Source: Thermodesulfobacteriota bacterium (lineage in GTDB: Bacteria > Desulfobacterota > Desulfobacteria > Desulfobacterales > C00003060). From it: a stretch of DNA of 63,100 nt. Shown piece after piece: positions 61,627-63,100 of this stretch. The stretch is from NCBI GenBank assembly GCA_034189385.1, contig JAXHVD010000025.1:1-63100 (forward strand), read 5' to 3'. How positions within the stretch are numbered: position 1 is the stretch's first letter; the number at the start of each line of letters is the position of its first letter. Below the pieces are notes generated by a model. That model had not been told where the DNA came from. It did no database searches and saw nothing but the letters and a program-made list of their open reading frames with translations. Position numbers and translations under genes: made by a program.

Positions 61627-62471
61627 AAGCACTTGTCTCCTTATTCGCCATGGCCAGCCTCTTGCTCCATAGTCTGCCCGGTTGTAGCTATGACCCTGGA
61701 GACGGGGCTATGATGCGGCTCAAAGACGGACAGCAACTCACCCTTTCTGAAATAGTGGAAGACTTAAAAGGGGTTCAGATGGTCTTTGTGGGAGAACTGC
61801 ACACCAGCGGCGAGCATCATGAAATGCAACTGGCAGTCATCCAGGCCCTTACACGGGCAGGGGCTCCTGTGGCCGTGGGCCTGGAGATGTTTCGACGTGA
61901 CAGCCAGAAGGGTCTGGACCAATGGGTCTTGGGGCAATTATCGGAAGAGGATTTTGAGAAGGTTTACAAAGAGAACTGGAACTACCATTGGCACCTCTAC
62001 AGGGACATCTTTGTCTATGCCCGCAAGCACCAGCTTCCCATGCTTGGGCTGAACGTCTCACCAGACATTACGCGTCAGGTGGCCAGTCACGGGTTTGCCT
62101 CTCTGAGTCCCGAACAGACAGGCCAACTGGAAGGCGTCACCTGCCAGGTGGACAAGGCTTACATGGACTTCATCGGGCGGGCTTTCTCTATGCACGGCCA
62201 TGGAGGCAAAGACTTCGTATACTTCTGTGAGGCCCAGATGGTCTGGGACACAGCCATGGCCCTCAATCTGGTTGCCTTCTTGTCCAGCCGCCCGGAATTC
62301 ACTGTGGTCGTCTTGGCCGGCAGTGGCCATGCCTGGAAGCACGGCATCCCTGCCCAGGTGAGAAAAAGGGCGGACCTGTCTTACAGGATCATCTTGCCCG
62401 AGATAGAGGGCAGGACAGAGGAGGGCAAGGTGTCATACAAAGATGCCGACTACCTCTGGTTGACGAAGTAG
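61623..62471 (+). CDS. ChaN-family (haem-uptake/Tiki-like) lipoprotein
   Basis: Lipobox LPGC; VGELH...HH.MQL, GLEMF, AQMVWD.AMA and LAGSGH motifs; overlaps the M1 stop. Confidence 0.85.
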   Translation: MKALVSLFAMASLLLHSLPGCSYDPGDGAMMRLKDGQQLTLSEIVEDLKGVQMVFVGELHTSGEHHEMQLAVIQALTRAGAPVAVGLEMFRRDSQKGLDQWVLGQLSEEDFEKVYKENWNYHWHLYRDIFVYARKHQLPMLGLNVSPDITRQVASHGFASLSPEQTGQLEGVTCQVDKAYMDFIGRAFSMHGHGGKDFVYFCEAQMVWDTAMALNLVAFLSSRPEFTVVVLAGSGHAWKHGIPAQVRKRADLSYRIILPEIEGRTEEGKVSYKDADYLWLTK

Positions 62472-62517
62472 CCTGTGAAACAGGTGACATGGCGGCAGGG
62501 GCGCTGACAGAGACCCC

Positions 62518-62787
62518 TTACCAACGATTGACAATGTCCTGTTCGTACTCAGGGAAGTAATGGCCGATGACGGGAAGATCAAAACGGCTGAGGATCATGG
62601 TATTGCTCTCCCGTTCAAGGAGGAATTCAAAGGATCTTTGGATAAGTGTTTCGGCCGGGATGGCACCGCCCGTCAATTTGTCGTAATAGCCTTTGGTGAG
62701 CGTGACGGTGTGCGTGGTGATAGTGGACCCGCCCACAGTAACCTCAAAGGTTTCCTCGCCCTTTTTCATGACGTCAATGTCTGTCAT
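62518..62787 (-). CDS. Small hypothetical protein
   Basis: AGGAGG RBS; SFEFLLERE...IL..FDL.VI..YFPEYE. Confidence 0.75.
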   Translation of the reverse strand: MTDIDVMKKGEETFEVTVGGSTITTHTVTLTKGYYDKLTGGAIPAETLIQRSFEFLLERESNTMILSRFDLPVIGHYFPEYEQDIVNRW

Positions 62788-62860
62788 CTTCTTATCCTCC
62801 TAAGACGTTACTCCAACTATCCATACTGAAGGCCACATCTTGCTGTTTCCTGTTGAGTCC

Positions 62861-62980
62861 TCAGCTGTTTCTCTTTGTCCCCCTATATGTAAAGGCCTTT
62901 GCTCTCATCTTGATGTAGCTTCCTCTATCGATCCCGATATCTTTGCCGCACAAACACCGTATTCGGTTTTCCTCTTGTAC
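62861..62980 (-). pseudogene. 3' remnant of a small gene cut off by the IS630 insertion
   Basis: Open frame VQEENRIRCLCGKDIGIDRGSYIKMRAKAFTYRGTKRNS* with no start codon, beginning exactly at the IS boundary. Confidence 0.55.
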
Positions 62981-63100
62981 TATTAACCCGGCAACAAAAT
63001 AGTCGAGCTAGGCTGCATAGGCTATGGTTGGATGTTTGAAGTACTTTTTCACTCTTGTTGGTTTTTTTTGAAGCATACGCAAATGCGAAACGGCTTTCTT
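62981..63100 (-). mobile_element. Right end of an IS630-family insertion sequence (inverted copy)
   Basis: Exact reverse complement of 1-120; transposase C-terminus at 63008-63100 on the minus strand. Confidence 0.8.

Overview
Chromosomal segment of an anaerobic deltaproteobacterium (Desulfobacterota-like, inferred from gene content and order). Both ends are the identical 120-bp right end of an IS630-family element in inverted orientation, so this is probably a contig broken at two IS copies. Most of the window is housekeeping: rpmF-[acyl-CoA dehydrogenase]-fabG-acpP-rpiB-glyA-dCMP deaminase-nrdR-ribD-ribE-ribBA-ribH-nusB, tRNA-Gln, hydantoinase A/B, ligA, HU, ftsY and smc. At least three families of short non-autonomous repeats are scattered through it. 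The standout is a ~6.5-kb cluster right after tRNA-Gln (21180-27655). It encodes a CsgG-like lipoprotein pore and a CsgF-like protein but no curli CsgA/CsgB. In their place are three paralogous exported beta-rich proteins. The largest resembles, from my recollection of the family motifs, the amyloid-like sheath protein of the archaeon Methanospirillum, and it sits behind four tandem sigma70-type promoter motifs with its own terminator. A signal-peptide-bearing small heat-shock protein and an acidic exported protein complete the cluster. This is a candidate non-curli type VIII secretion system that builds an archaeal-sheath-like amyloid layer in a bacterium. Other points of interest: a remodelled fatty-acid cluster, a divergent PGK, and a double-glycine-leader peptide behind a sigma54 promoter. 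All family calls rest on motif recognition only; no database searches were run.
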